This document shows positions 50,735-60,831 of a stretch of DNA of 64,000 nucleotides, piece after piece. Origin of the DNA: Verrucomicrobiota bacterium (GTDB taxonomy: Bacteria > Verrucomicrobiota > Verrucomicrobiia > Limisphaerales > JAIPKD01); assembly GCA_021733835.1 (NCBI GenBank), contig JAIPKD010000005.1:5192-69191 (forward strand), written 5' to 3'. Position 1 is the stretch's first letter; every line of letters begins with the position of its first letter. The translations under genes were made by a program, and so were the position numbers. The notes beneath the pieces were generated by a model, which saw nothing but the letters and a program-made list of their open reading frames with translations, was not told the origin of the DNA and searched no databases.

Positions 50735-51505
50735 GTGACATCAAAGGAATTACTGGATTTACTTGAAAGTTATCGTGAAGGGAAGACGCCGAAAGAGGCG
50801 GTGCTCCACGCATTCCAATCCGCGCCGCTTGCGGAGCTGGGATTCGCCGTTGTCGATCATCATCGCAGTATCCGCAAAGGTTTTCCTGAAGTAATCTACG
50901 GCGAAGGCAAAACACCCGAGCAAGTCGTAGCTATAGCGTCAGAGATCATCGACCACGACGGCTGCGTACTGGTCACGCGCGCAAAATCCGATCACGCACG
51001 ACTCTTTCTCGATAAATTCAAGTCCGCGGTCTATCATGAGCGTGCGCGTTGCATCACACTCGAAAAAACACCGCTGCCCAAGAAAAATGGCAAAATCGCC
51101 GTCCTTTGCGCGGGAACAAGCGACCTGCCGGTGGCCGAAGAAGCGGCCATCACCGCCGAGATTATGGGGAACAATGTCGACAAGATATTCGATGTGGGCG
51201 TGGCGGGATTGCATCGGCTCCTTTGCAGGCTGGACATCATTCAGAGCGCCAATGCCCTGATCGTCGTAGCAGGAATGGAAGGCGCGTTACCCAGTGTCGT
51301 CGCCGGCCTGGTCAGACGCCCCGTCATCGCGGTACCGACGAGTGTCGGCTACGGCGCAAGCTTCAATGGAATCGCCGCCCTCCTAGGCATGCTTAACAGC
51401 TGCGGCAGCGGTGTGACGGTGGTAAATATAGACAACGGCTTCGGCGCAGGCTTTGCAGCCGGACAAATCAATGCGCTGGCCGAGGAATCAACCAACAACC
51501 AATAA
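50735..51505 (+). CDS. larB: Nickel-pincer cofactor biosynthesis protein LarB
   Basis: GTG start inferred; DHHRSIRKGFPEVIYGEGKT, AGTSDLPVAEEA, DVGVAGLHRL, AGMEGALPSVV, VVNIDNGFGA. Confidence 0.92.
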   Translation: MTSKELLDLLESYREGKTPKEAVLHAFQSAPLAELGFAVVDHHRSIRKGFPEVIYGEGKTPEQVVAIASEIIDHDGCVLVTRAKSDHARLFLDKFKSAVYHERARCITLEKTPLPKKNGKIAVLCAGTSDLPVAEEAAITAEIMGNNVDKIFDVGVAGLHRLLCRLDIIQSANALIVVAGMEGALPSVVAGLVRRPVIAVPTSVGYGASFNGIAALLGMLNSCGSGVTVVNIDNGFGAGFAAGQINALAEESTNNQ

Positions 51506-51512
51506 TAATATC

Positions 51513-52793
51513 ATGCGGACGATCCATCTGGATGCATTTAGCGGAATTAGCGGAGATATGTTCCTGGGGGCAATGATCGATCTCGGCGCGGACATCAATC
51601 AGATCGAATCCGTGCTTAACCGTCTCGCACCGGAACATTTCGAATTAAAGACCGAAAAAACTAAAAAACACGGAATCACAGGCACACGCCTCACCATTAT
51701 CACCGCCGAAGACCACGGGCATGCTCATACTACAGTAAACAACGCCCATAATGCAGCACACACCGGACATCACGAGCACCTCAAACACGGCAATGCGCAT
51801 GTTCACTCATCGCCAAACCGCGATTTCACGGAAATCCAGCGCATGATCCGCCAAGCCGAATTATCGGACTGGACGACCGGCCACGCCATTTCAGTTTTTG
51901 AACGAATATCCGTCGCAGAGGGGAAAATCCACGGTGTTCCACCGGAAAAAGTGCATTTTCACGAAGTCGGCGCACTCGATTCGATTATCGATATAGTCGG
52001 CGCTTGCCTGGCACTCGAGCAATTGGACAAACCCCGCGTCGAGTGTATCCGGCTTTTTGAAGGCCGGGGATTCGTGAAATGCGCTCACGGTAACTTCCCC
52101 GTCCCCACACCGGCAACACTCGAGATTCTCAGCCGTTGCAGCGCGGTTATCGATCAGTGCGAAGAACCCCATGAATTGATCACTCCGACCGGCGCGGCGC
52201 TGGTCGCCGAGTTCGCGGAATCCTTCGGCCCAATGCGCCTTAAAAAGATCAATAAAATCGGTTATGGCATCGGCACCAAAAACCTCGACTCCCGGCCTAA
52301 CGTATTACGGGCCGTCCTCACCGAATCCATCCCCTCACCCGACGAGGATACTGATAAGGATGAAATCAGCGTAATCGAAACCAACCTGGACGATGTTACG
52401 CCGGAGACCGCCGGTCATATCCTGGAAAACGCCCTACACGCGGGCGCCCTCGATGCGTTCATTACACCCATACAAATGAAGAAAAACCGTCCCGGCTTCA
52501 TCTTAACCGTCCTATGCAAACAAGAAGATACGGCTGAGTTCTGTAACTTCCTCATCCGCGAAACAGGCGCATTCGGTGTCCGCTTCCACACTACAGAAAG
52601 ACGCAAGCTCATAAGGGAATTTGCAGAAGTCCATACCGAATTCGGGCCGGTGCAAATCAAGAAAGGGTACTTAAATGGACGCATCATCTCGGTCAAACCC
52701 GAGTACGAGTCTTGCAAGGCCCTTGCAGAAAAGTCAAAAACGCCCCTCCGAAAAATCCTCGATGCCGCTCGACGTCAAACGATCCAGTGGTAA
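51513..52793 (+). CDS. larC: Nickel-insertion protein LarC (single ORF, His-rich insert)
   Basis: LDAFSGISGDMFLGA, HFHEVGALDSIIDI, PVPTPAT, ELITPTGAAL, IETNLDD, MKKNRPG, KPEYE. Confidence 0.93.
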   Translation: MRTIHLDAFSGISGDMFLGAMIDLGADINQIESVLNRLAPEHFELKTEKTKKHGITGTRLTIITAEDHGHAHTTVNNAHNAAHTGHHEHLKHGNAHVHSSPNRDFTEIQRMIRQAELSDWTTGHAISVFERISVAEGKIHGVPPEKVHFHEVGALDSIIDIVGACLALEQLDKPRVECIRLFEGRGFVKCAHGNFPVPTPATLEILSRCSAVIDQCEEPHELITPTGAALVAEFAESFGPMRLKKINKIGYGIGTKNLDSRPNVLRAVLTESIPSPDEDTDKDEISVIETNLDDVTPETAGHILENALHAGALDAFITPIQMKKNRPGFILTVLCKQEDTAEFCNFLIRETGAFGVRFHTTERRKLIREFAEVHTEFGPVQIKKGYLNGRIISVKPEYESCKALAEKSKTPLRKILDAARRQTIQW

Positions 52794-52795
52794 AC

Positions 52796-52838
52796 TGCTT
52801 AAAAAGCTAATAATTTACGACATTTATCGGAATATACT
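52796..52838 (+). repeat. 43-bp dispersed element, copy 2
   Basis: 38/43 identical to 22021-22063; ends in TATACT (TAAACT in copy 1). Confidence 0.75.
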
Positions 52839-52844
52839 CTGTCG

Positions 52845-53030
52845 CTGATACGCGCACTCGCGCTCCGATTCCGGCGGAGCGCGGCTGTGTCCGTAGGGCC
52901 AGTCGCAGCGGCTCCGAACAATACGCCTTCATCCGATTATCAGGGGCCAGCGGCATTTTCAAGCTGCTGCGACTGCCCTTCAGCACAGTCACGCTCCGAA
53001 GATTGACTGCGCCCGATATTACACGGATTA
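52845..53030. ncRNA. Candidate structured non-coding RNA or MITE-like element (family not recognised)
   Basis: 9-bp hairpin 52859-52883; 18-bp bulged stem 52895-52913/52962-52979; hairpin 52986-53009; GCTCCGA three times; lies between convergent genes. Confidence 0.35.
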
Positions 53031-53081
53031 TCCTAATTTGTTAATAGCGATACACCACGTCGGATGGCATCAAACACAGGA

Positions 53082-53474
53082 CTATTTCAGAAATTGGATC
53101 GTCAACGGATACTCGTAACTCTCGCCGTTATTGGCTTTGACGGCGGCAATTATAACAAAGACAATCTCCATAATCATCCAGGCCAGCAACAGGAAGAAGC
53201 CAATGACGGCAAGCGCCAGGACTAAAGAAACGATAAAATAAATCGACATCGAAATCTGGAAGTTCAATGCCGCCTTCCCGTGCTCGTCTACGATCGGCAT
53301 CTCGTTACGCTTGATCAGCCAGATAACAAGAGGTCCTATAACATTTCCCAACGGGATTCCGATAAAAACCGCCAAGGCCGACAAATGACAGAATGTCGCC
53401 CATAACAAAGCCTGGTTATCCGGCCGTTCCGGCGCCGGAGGAATATCCTTATATTGCTGTTCATCCTCGCTCAT
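53082..53474 (-). CDS. DUF4870 domain membrane protein
   Basis: WATFCHLS...GNVIGPLVIWLIK...HGKAALNFQIS...AANNG-type tail GESYEYPLTIQFLK. Confidence 0.85.
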   Translation of the reverse strand: MSEDEQQYKDIPPAPERPDNQALLWATFCHLSALAVFIGIPLGNVIGPLVIWLIKRNEMPIVDEHGKAALNFQISMSIYFIVSLVLALAVIGFFLLLAWMIMEIVFVIIAAVKANNGESYEYPLTIQFLK

Positions 53475-53570
53475 AATATATATCCTTTCGAGTTCAGACC
53501 GCTTATACAGGAAATATCATTACTTATCCAGCAAATAAATACATGTCTAAACATGCTAAAGCGCAGAATT

Positions 53571-54140
53571 CTACACACGGGAAATCGCGTGGTATTGCCT
53601 CCGCTTTCGTGGTTTCAGCGGCCCCAATCTCATAATCCTTTCGCAAACCTCCGCAAAATCAGAAAGGATAAAATCGTGATGTCCGCAGCCATTCCACGGC
53701 GAATCAATCAACAACGAAGTAGCTCCCACCAGATGAGCCGCCTCGGAATCCTGCCACATACGGCTTACCACAAAGCTGTGCTCGAGGTTCAAGTTCCACT
53801 TAAACCCAGCTTCAAAAAACATGCCGGGCTTGGGCTTGCGGCACGGGCATACATCCATCGGTTCATGCGGACACAAGAACAGGTCGTCCACAGGAAAAAC
53901 CTCCAACAGCAACCTATGCATACGCTCGATCTGATATTTTGGAATCTCGCCGGTGGAAATCCCCGGCTGATTCGTCGTCACAATTATGATGTATCCCGCA
54001 TCTTTCAACACCTTTAAACTACCCGCCACCTCCAGGTTAAGAGAGAATTCAACAAGAGAACGAGGGCTGGTAGGCCGTCCACACTCCATTACTTGTTTGT
54101 TTAAGACACCGTCTCTCTCTATGAAAACTCCGAAATTCAT
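53571..54140 (-). CDS. GmhB-like HAD-IIIA protein with degenerate catalytic motifs
   Basis: FIERDGVLN (D-x-D motif reads E-R-D), VTTNQPG, CPHEPMDVCPCRKPKPGM, FVVSRMWQD. Confidence 0.75.
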   Translation of the reverse strand: MNFGVFIERDGVLNKQVMECGRPTSPRSLVEFSLNLEVAGSLKVLKDAGYIIIVTTNQPGISTGEIPKYQIERMHRLLLEVFPVDDLFLCPHEPMDVCPCRKPKPGMFFEAGFKWNLNLEHSFVVSRMWQDSEAAHLVGATSLLIDSPWNGCGHHDFILSDFAEVCERIMRLGPLKPRKRRQYHAISRV

Positions 54141-54372
54141 AGTTGCAAAACAAGCAAAAACATTGCCGACACAAACCGGCAACAGCGGCTGGGATCATTT
54201 TTTACTGAAACACCGCAAAAACGACGCCGATATGTTGCTTAAAAAGAGAATATTTGAACTTTTGAAGCTGAAACGCTTATTCGTTTCGCAAAATTGCGAT
54301 AATAATTCCCTCCTCCGATTTTAACTAACTCCCTTCTCCAGAAAATGCGATAAGCACAACCTCAGTAAACAA

Positions 54373-55440
54373 CTAATTCATGAGGCTCTCCAATCCCAGC
54401 GCCTGTTCGTCCATGCCCTTAACGATAGGCATAGCTCGCGATATGGCGTTTTGATCCGTCTGCCCAAAGAACGTCTCCATTTCGATTCGCACAGCTGCCA
54501 TAGGCACGCCGTTGCGATCGTGCAAAGGCATGGTCACTATGACCTTTCCAGCGTCTTTGCCGGTATAAATGTGGCCGTTGGATATTACGTCCTTCTCAAC
54601 CCGGCTGCCAGTCTCGCCAACCTTCTCCTGATCGCTGCTCGCAATAATTTCAGGATCAGCGGATTGATTTGATATTGTAAAAATACTGATTCCTCTCAGC
54701 CTATCAAACTCCTTCAAGGTCTTGTTTATCAGTTTTTGCGCAAAGATGACGCGCGGTTTGAAGTCCAGTTCCGGCTCCAGAAAATATGCAACGGCATCGG
54801 ACTTAGTCCAAAACCCTATCTTTCCATATAGAAAAGATGTGTCCGTCATCTCCGGAATAACTTCCTCGTCATCCAGGAAACAACGAATCTGATTCCCCTG
54901 GCACTTAACGGTGAGTTTATACCACTTATCGGTCTCGATCTCTATGTTCTTGCCGATCGGTTTGCTCCTCATACCATCGACGAACTTATAGAAGTACACC
55001 GTATTCCCGGCGGCGCTTATCCTGAAAACATAGTAATTCCGCGAATCCCGAATCCTAAATGCAATCCCCGCCATCCTCTCCATGTCGCCTTCCACGATTT
55101 TTACCTTGCATGTGTAAGTGAAATCCCCGAATTCTTCAGCCTCATACACGAGCAATGGAAAATGTTCATCCAGCTTTTGCCCCGAGGCGGGAACCAACAC
55201 CTTCTGATACGTCACCACCGGCGACATTCCGGTCAGGGATTCAAACGCAGACTCCACCTCCTCACGGATTATTCGCCATTCGGCAGGTTCACCTTCGCCG
55301 GTTACTTTGCTCTCGAAATCAGACGGTAATTCCCCCTCGGATACCTCGGAGAAATCAAACTTCTGCTCCGCCGCAGTTAAACAAAACACACATATAAATA
55401 GGATTACGGCCGTTATCGCTCTTCGCATAGTAATCTTCAT
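54373..55440 (-). CDS. Secreted DUF1080/lectin-like protein fused to a PDC/Cache-like domain
   Basis: Signal peptide; AGIAFR..D..NYYVFR...WYKLTV...GKIGFWTKSD; C-terminal IIASSD...VTMPLHDRNGVPMAAVRIEM. Confidence 0.55.
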   Translation of the reverse strand: MKITMRRAITAVILFICVFCLTAAEQKFDFSEVSEGELPSDFESKVTGEGEPAEWRIIREEVESAFESLTGMSPVVTYQKVLVPASGQKLDEHFPLLVYEAEEFGDFTYTCKVKIVEGDMERMAGIAFRIRDSRNYYVFRISAAGNTVYFYKFVDGMRSKPIGKNIEIETDKWYKLTVKCQGNQIRCFLDDEEVIPEMTDTSFLYGKIGFWTKSDAVAYFLEPELDFKPRVIFAQKLINKTLKEFDRLRGISIFTISNQSADPEIIASSDQEKVGETGSRVEKDVISNGHIYTGKDAGKVIVTMPLHDRNGVPMAAVRIEMETFFGQTDQNAISRAMPIVKGMDEQALGLESLMN

Positions 55441-55536
55441 CCTAAAGCGAAAGCCGATACTAAGACAACACCTAATGTTCCCGTTTGATTTGCAATTGAT
55501 AACAGGAAAGGTTAATTGTCCACATATAACGAATAG

Positions 55537-55884
<348 letters not shown>

Positions 55885-55910
55885 TCACAATAGCGTTCAA
55901 ATATTCTTCA

Positions 55911-56492
55911 TCACCGCTGAACAGGTCTGCGTAGTCTCAGAAAATTCCTGAGAAGCATCTTCCCGTCCTCGGAAAGAATGCTTTCCGGATGGAACTGCAC
56001 GCCCCATACCGGATGCTCACAATGCCGAAGACCCATTACCTCGCCCTCCTGCGTCTCGGCCGTAATTTCAAGACATGGCGGAATAGTGTCACGCTTAACG
56101 ATCAAGGAATGATATCGCGTCGCCGTAAACGGATTCTGCATGCCCTCGAACAGTTCACGGCCATTGTGAAATATCGGAGAGGTCTTCCCGTGCATCATTC
56201 TATAGTTTACAACTACCTCCGCGCCATAAACATGCCCGATACATTGCTGTCCCAGACATACGCCCAGTAACGGCACTTCAGGCCCAAACCTTCTGATTAT
56301 CTCATTCGATAGCCCCGCCTCACGCGGAGAACACGGCCCGGGTGAAATCAATATCCGCTCCGGCGCCATCCCTGATATATCGTCCATCGATATCTCATCG
56401 TTGCGATGCACCTCAAGCGCCACGCCCATCTCACCCAGGTATTGAACCAGGTTGTACGTAAACGAATCGTAGTTGTCTATTACCAAGACCAT
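55911..56492 (-). CDS. trpG: Anthranilate/aminodeoxychorismate synthase component II
   Basis: [44 protein letters not shown]. trpG versus pabA cannot be resolved here. Confidence 0.88.
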   Translation of the reverse strand: MVLVIDNYDSFTYNLVQYLGEMGVALEVHRNDEISMDDISGMAPERILISPGPCSPREAGLSNEIIRRFGPEVPLLGVCLGQQCIGHVYGAEVVVNYRMMHGKTSPIFHNGRELFEGMQNPFTATRYHSLIVKRDTIPPCLEITAETQEGEVMGLRHCEHPVWGVQFHPESILSEDGKMLLRNFLRLRRPVQR

Positions 56493-56587
56493 ATTTCGTC
56501 TCTCTCGAATAACGATATATCCGGAACAACCGAGCGCAATGATTTTATTGACTTTTTCCGGGCCGGGCATTAGGAAAACCAAAAGTT

Positions 56588-59257
56588 ATGAATGGCTTTA
56601 AAAGAAACCTCGGTGCTACTAAAATCCTCTCTCGAACAACCGCATTCGCAGTTGTCTGCGTAATTGTATCAACCGCATCGACGCTGATCTCATCGGGTGA
56701 ACAAGTCACGACTCAATCCAGACCAATCGCAATTACACGTGACTCGGACGACGTGTTCATCCCTCCCGCAACGCCCCTAGTGGCATGCGATCCTTATTTC
56801 AGTGTCTGGTCTTTTGCCGATGAACTTACCGACGACACAACTCGCCACTGGACCGGCACGCCGCAAGGCATCACCTGCCTGATCCGCATCGATGACCAAA
56901 CATACCGGATCATGGGAAACTCACCGGAGGACCTCCCGGCACTCACCCAAACCGACCTAAAAATCCTGCCAACAAGGACAGTCTGCGAATTCAACGGGGC
57001 CGGTGTCAGTGTAAACCTCACATTCCTAACGGCCGCCCTGCCGCATAATCTTGATATCCTAAGCCGGCCGGTGACATATCTCGTCTGGAACGTCAATGCC
57101 ACAGACTCAAAAGAACACCGCGTCTCCATCTACTTCGAAAACGAGGCCACACTCGCCGTAAACCAACCGACCCAAAAAGTCAACTGGTCGAAGATGGAAC
57201 TTGAGGGCCTGAGCGTCACCAGGATAGGCTCACAAAATCAACCAATCCTGGCCAAGAAAGGCGATGACCTCCGGATCGATTGGGGCTACATATATTCCGC
57301 CGCCGCAACAACCGATACCACTTTCCACAACATAGGCGCCCAAGACGCGCTACGCGCAGATTTCATCAAGCACAACCAGCTGCCGTCGGAAACCGATGCG
57401 CGCCGGCCGCGCGCCGCAAACGACGATACTCCTGCAGCCGCATTCGTATTCGATCTCGGCGACGTAGACAACAAACAGGTGGAACGTAAACTGATCCTCG
57501 CCTACGACGACCTTTATTCCATACAGTATTTCGAACGGAACCTAAGGCCTTACTGGCGCAGGAATGGCGCCGACGCCGAAGACCTCATAACAAAAGCGTT
57601 CAACGACTTTACACAGCTCCGCAGACAATGCGCTGAATTCGACCAAAACCTGATGCACGACCTTACCCGCGCGGGCGGCATAGACTACGCAAACCTCTGC
57701 GCCCTCGCATATCGCCAGTGCCTGGCGGCGAATAAACTCGTCGCAGACGCAAACGGCCAGCCAATGCTCTTCTCAAAAGAATGCTTCAGTAACGGCTGTA
57801 TCGGTACCGTAGACGTAATCTATCCCATGTCACCCATGGTACTGTTCCTCAGTCCGACGCTGACGAAGGCAATGCTCGCACCAGTACTCAATTACGCCCG
57901 GTCCGAGCGTTGGACGTTCCCATTCGCGCCGCATGACCTGGGAACTTATCCCCTCGCAAACGGCCAAGCCTACGGCGGCGGTGAGCATTCCGCCGAAAAC
58001 CAAATGCCGGTCGAGGAATCAGCCAACATGCTCCTCATGATTTCCGCCCTGGCCGAGGCGGAAGGTAATACGGACTTCGCCGCCGAATATTGGCCGACCC
58101 TGCTCAAATGGGCCGAATTCCTCGAAGAAAAAGGATACGACCCCGAAAACCAGTTGTGCACGGACGACTTCGCCGGGCACCTCGCCCATAACGTCAATCT
58201 CTCGGCCAAGGCCATTAACGCCCTCGGCGCCTTTTCACGCCTATGCACAGGCCTCGGCAAGCACGACCTGGCCCGCAAATATAACCGGCTGGCCGCTGGA
58301 TTCTCAAAAAAATGGGCCAAGGAAGCAGACGACGGTGACCATTTCCGGCTCGCCTTCGATAAATCCGGCACATGGAGCCAAAAATACAACCTCGTCTGGG
58401 ACCAAATCCTCGGTCTTAACCTTTTTACCGACGATATTCGCAATAAAGAAATGGCGTTCTATAAAAAAGTCCAAAACCGCTATGGCCTGCCCCTGGATAA
58501 TCGCTCGAAATATACAAAACTCGACTGGGTACTTTGGACGGCCACCCTCACGGAAAAGCGCGAGGATTTCAAGGCGCTCCTCGATCCGGTAATGCTGTTC
58601 CTTCGCGAGACATCGGATCGCGTGCCGATGACCGATTGGTACTGGACGCATAACGCAAAGCGTGTCGGATTCCAGGCACGACCGGTTGTAGGAGGCGTGT
58701 TCCTTAAAATGCTTTATAACAAGAATCTCTGGAAAGAATGGGCCGGCCGAGACAACATAAAGGCCTCGAACTGGGCGCCCGTCCCCAAACCGCCGAAGAT
58801 CATCACCATCATCCCATACGCGAGAGATCAAGGCGTCACGTGGAAATACACCACAACACGCCCAGCGGAAGATTGGTACTCCATCGGATTCAATGACTCC
58901 GGATGGCAAACCGGTAAGGCCGGTTTCGGTACGCCTGCCACCCCCGGGGCCACGATAGGAACAAGATGGGACACATCCGATATCTGGATTCGCCGCAGTT
59001 TCGATCCGGCGCAACCGATACCGGAAGACCTTAAGCTCTATATCCACCACGACGAAGACGCGCAAGTCTTCATCAACGGGACACCTGTCGCGGAGTTCAC
59101 TGGATTTACCACCGATTATATGTTCCACCCCCTCAACGACGAGATTGTCGCCGAATTGAAGCCGAGCGGAAATATAATCGCCATCCATTGTAAACAAACC
59201 TCGGGCGGGCAATACATCGATGCCGGCCTCGTAAGAGTGGAATACCCGGAGGAATAA
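56588..59257 (+). CDS. Glutaminase-A-like (DUF5127/DUF4965/DUF1793) protein with C-terminal GH2-type sugar-binding domain
   Basis: PATPLVACDPYFSVWS, FSKECFSNGCIGTVDV, MPVEESANML, QLCTDDFAGHL, WSQKYNLVWD; C-terminal WQTGKAGFG...IWIRRSF...HHDEDAQVFING. Confidence 0.8.
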   Translation: MNGFKRNLGATKILSRTTAFAVVCVIVSTASTLISSGEQVTTQSRPIAITRDSDDVFIPPATPLVACDPYFSVWSFADELTDDTTRHWTGTPQGITCLIRIDDQTYRIMGNSPEDLPALTQTDLKILPTRTVCEFNGAGVSVNLTFLTAALPHNLDILSRPVTYLVWNVNATDSKEHRVSIYFENEATLAVNQPTQKVNWSKMELEGLSVTRIGSQNQPILAKKGDDLRIDWGYIYSAAATTDTTFHNIGAQDALRADFIKHNQLPSETDARRPRAANDDTPAAAFVFDLGDVDNKQVERKLILAYDDLYSIQYFERNLRPYWRRNGADAEDLITKAFNDFTQLRRQCAEFDQNLMHDLTRAGGIDYANLCALAYRQCLAANKLVADANGQPMLFSKECFSNGCIGTVDVIYPMSPMVLFLSPTLTKAMLAPVLNYARSERWTFPFAPHDLGTYPLANGQAYGGGEHSAENQMPVEESANMLLMISALAEAEGNTDFAAEYWPTLLKWAEFLEEKGYDPENQLCTDDFAGHLAHNVNLSAKAINALGAFSRLCTGLGKHDLARKYNRLAAGFSKKWAKEADDGDHFRLAFDKSGTWSQKYNLVWDQILGLNLFTDDIRNKEMAFYKKVQNRYGLPLDNRSKYTKLDWVLWTATLTEKREDFKALLDPVMLFLRETSDRVPMTDWYWTHNAKRVGFQARPVVGGVFLKMLYNKNLWKEWAGRDNIKASNWAPVPKPPKIITIIPYARDQGVTWKYTTTRPAEDWYSIGFNDSGWQTGKAGFGTPATPGATIGTRWDTSDIWIRRSFDPAQPIPEDLKLYIHHDEDAQVFINGTPVAEFTGFTTDYMFHPLNDEIVAELKPSGNIIAIHCKQTSGGQYIDAGLVRVEYPEE

Positions 59258-59388
59258 TTAATATCGCCGAACATGATCGACCGGTATTATTTGCAACAAT
59301 TCTATCCTTGAAACCGCGGTTTTCCACACGCCGGTTTATGGAAAGTGTCATGTAAAACATACAACATACATATAACAGTTGACTAAAA

Positions 59389-60813
59389 ATGAACTCTCGA
59401 AACCACGATAACTCCGAAAAGGCCGATCAAACAGCTATACAACGGAAAATTAAGGAGCCCGCAAGACCATCCCTGCACCTCCTCTGCAGCTCGATAATCG
59501 CCGCACTGGGCGGATTGCTGTTCGGTTTCGATACGGCCGTAATATCCGGTACGACGGATATGCTCCAATCCATTTATAACCTAAGCAGTTATGCCAAGGG
59601 CTTCACCGTCGCCAGCGCACTCATTGGTACAATAGTCGGCGCAATTTCCGCAGGGAAACCGGCCGACCGCTACGGGCGCAGGACAACACTGCTCGTTATC
59701 GCCGTCCTTTACCTGCTCTCGGCCATCGGTTGTGCGCTGGCATGGGATTGGTACTCGCTTCTCCTCTTTCGCTTCCTCGGCGGGCTCGGCGTCGGCGGCG
59801 CTTCCGTCATTTCCCCAATGTATATCGCTGAAATCTCGCCTGCCCGCTATCGCGGGCGACTCGTCGCCATTACGCAGTTCAATATCGTGCTGGGTATCCT
59901 CCTCGCATTTTTCTCGAATTTCACAATCGCACAGTTCGACCTCGGCCTCACCGAATGGCGCTGGATGCTCGGAGTAGAAGCCTTCCCGGCTGCGGCATTC
60001 TTCTTCCTGTTGTTCCTGAATCCATTAAGCCCAAGATGGCTCGTAGCAAGAAACCGCATCGCTGAGGCCCGTGACGGCCTGCTGAAACTCGGTACCGATA
60101 CCGGGAATGTAGACGAGGAAATCAACGAAATCCGCGCATCAATCGAAATGGAACATATGGAGAAAAAAGAACCCCTGTTCCAGGCTAAATACAGAAAACC
60201 GATCCTCCTCGCCATCGCTATCGCAGCCTTCAATCAGCTCTCGGGTATCAATTCGCTGATGTATTACGCGCCGGAAATCTTCAAAATGGCCGGCGCCGGT
60301 AAAAATTCAGCGCTACTCCAATCGGTCGCCATCGGCGGAACAAATCTTATATTCACAATGGCGGCACTGGCGATAATCGATCAGTTCGGACGCAAATTCC
60401 TCATGATCGTCGGCTCGATCGGATATATAATAAGCCTGAGCGCTACTGCATGCACATTCTATATCTTTGGTACGGACTTCACCGAAACAGGCGGCCTCGT
60501 GATCTTGATAAGCCTCCTGGTATTCATAGCTTCTCACGCATTCGGACAAGGCGCCGTCATCTGGGTGTTCATAAGCGAAATATTCCCGAATCGCGTACGC
60601 GCCCGCGGACAGGCACTCGGAAGCTTCACCCACTGGTTTATGGCCGCAATTATTACTTGGACATTCCCCGTAATCGCCGATATCTCCGGCGGCCATGCCT
60701 TCGCATTTTACGCCGTCATGATGGTATTACAATTGCTCTGGGTGCTTCTCATCATGCCTGAAACCAAAGGCATAACACTCGAGAAAATGCAGAAAAAATT
60801 GGGGATATCTTGA
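59389..60813 (+). CDS. Sugar porter family MFS transporter (XylE/GalP-like)
   Basis: GGLLFGFDTAVISG, DRYGRR, PMYIAEISP..RGRL, QLSGIN..MYY, IDQFGRK, VIWVFISEIFP, PETKG. Confidence 0.95.
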   Translation: MNSRNHDNSEKADQTAIQRKIKEPARPSLHLLCSSIIAALGGLLFGFDTAVISGTTDMLQSIYNLSSYAKGFTVASALIGTIVGAISAGKPADRYGRRTTLLVIAVLYLLSAIGCALAWDWYSLLLFRFLGGLGVGGASVISPMYIAEISPARYRGRLVAITQFNIVLGILLAFFSNFTIAQFDLGLTEWRWMLGVEAFPAAAFFFLLFLNPLSPRWLVARNRIAEARDGLLKLGTDTGNVDEEINEIRASIEMEHMEKKEPLFQAKYRKPILLAIAIAAFNQLSGINSLMYYAPEIFKMAGAGKNSALLQSVAIGGTNLIFTMAALAIIDQFGRKFLMIVGSIGYIISLSATACTFYIFGTDFTETGGLVILISLLVFIASHAFGQGAVIWVFISEIFPNRVRARGQALGSFTHWFMAAIITWTFPVIADISGGHAFAFYAVMMVLQLLWVLLIMPETKGITLEKMQKKLGIS

Positions 60814-60831
60814 GTCTGAAAATATCTGCAT

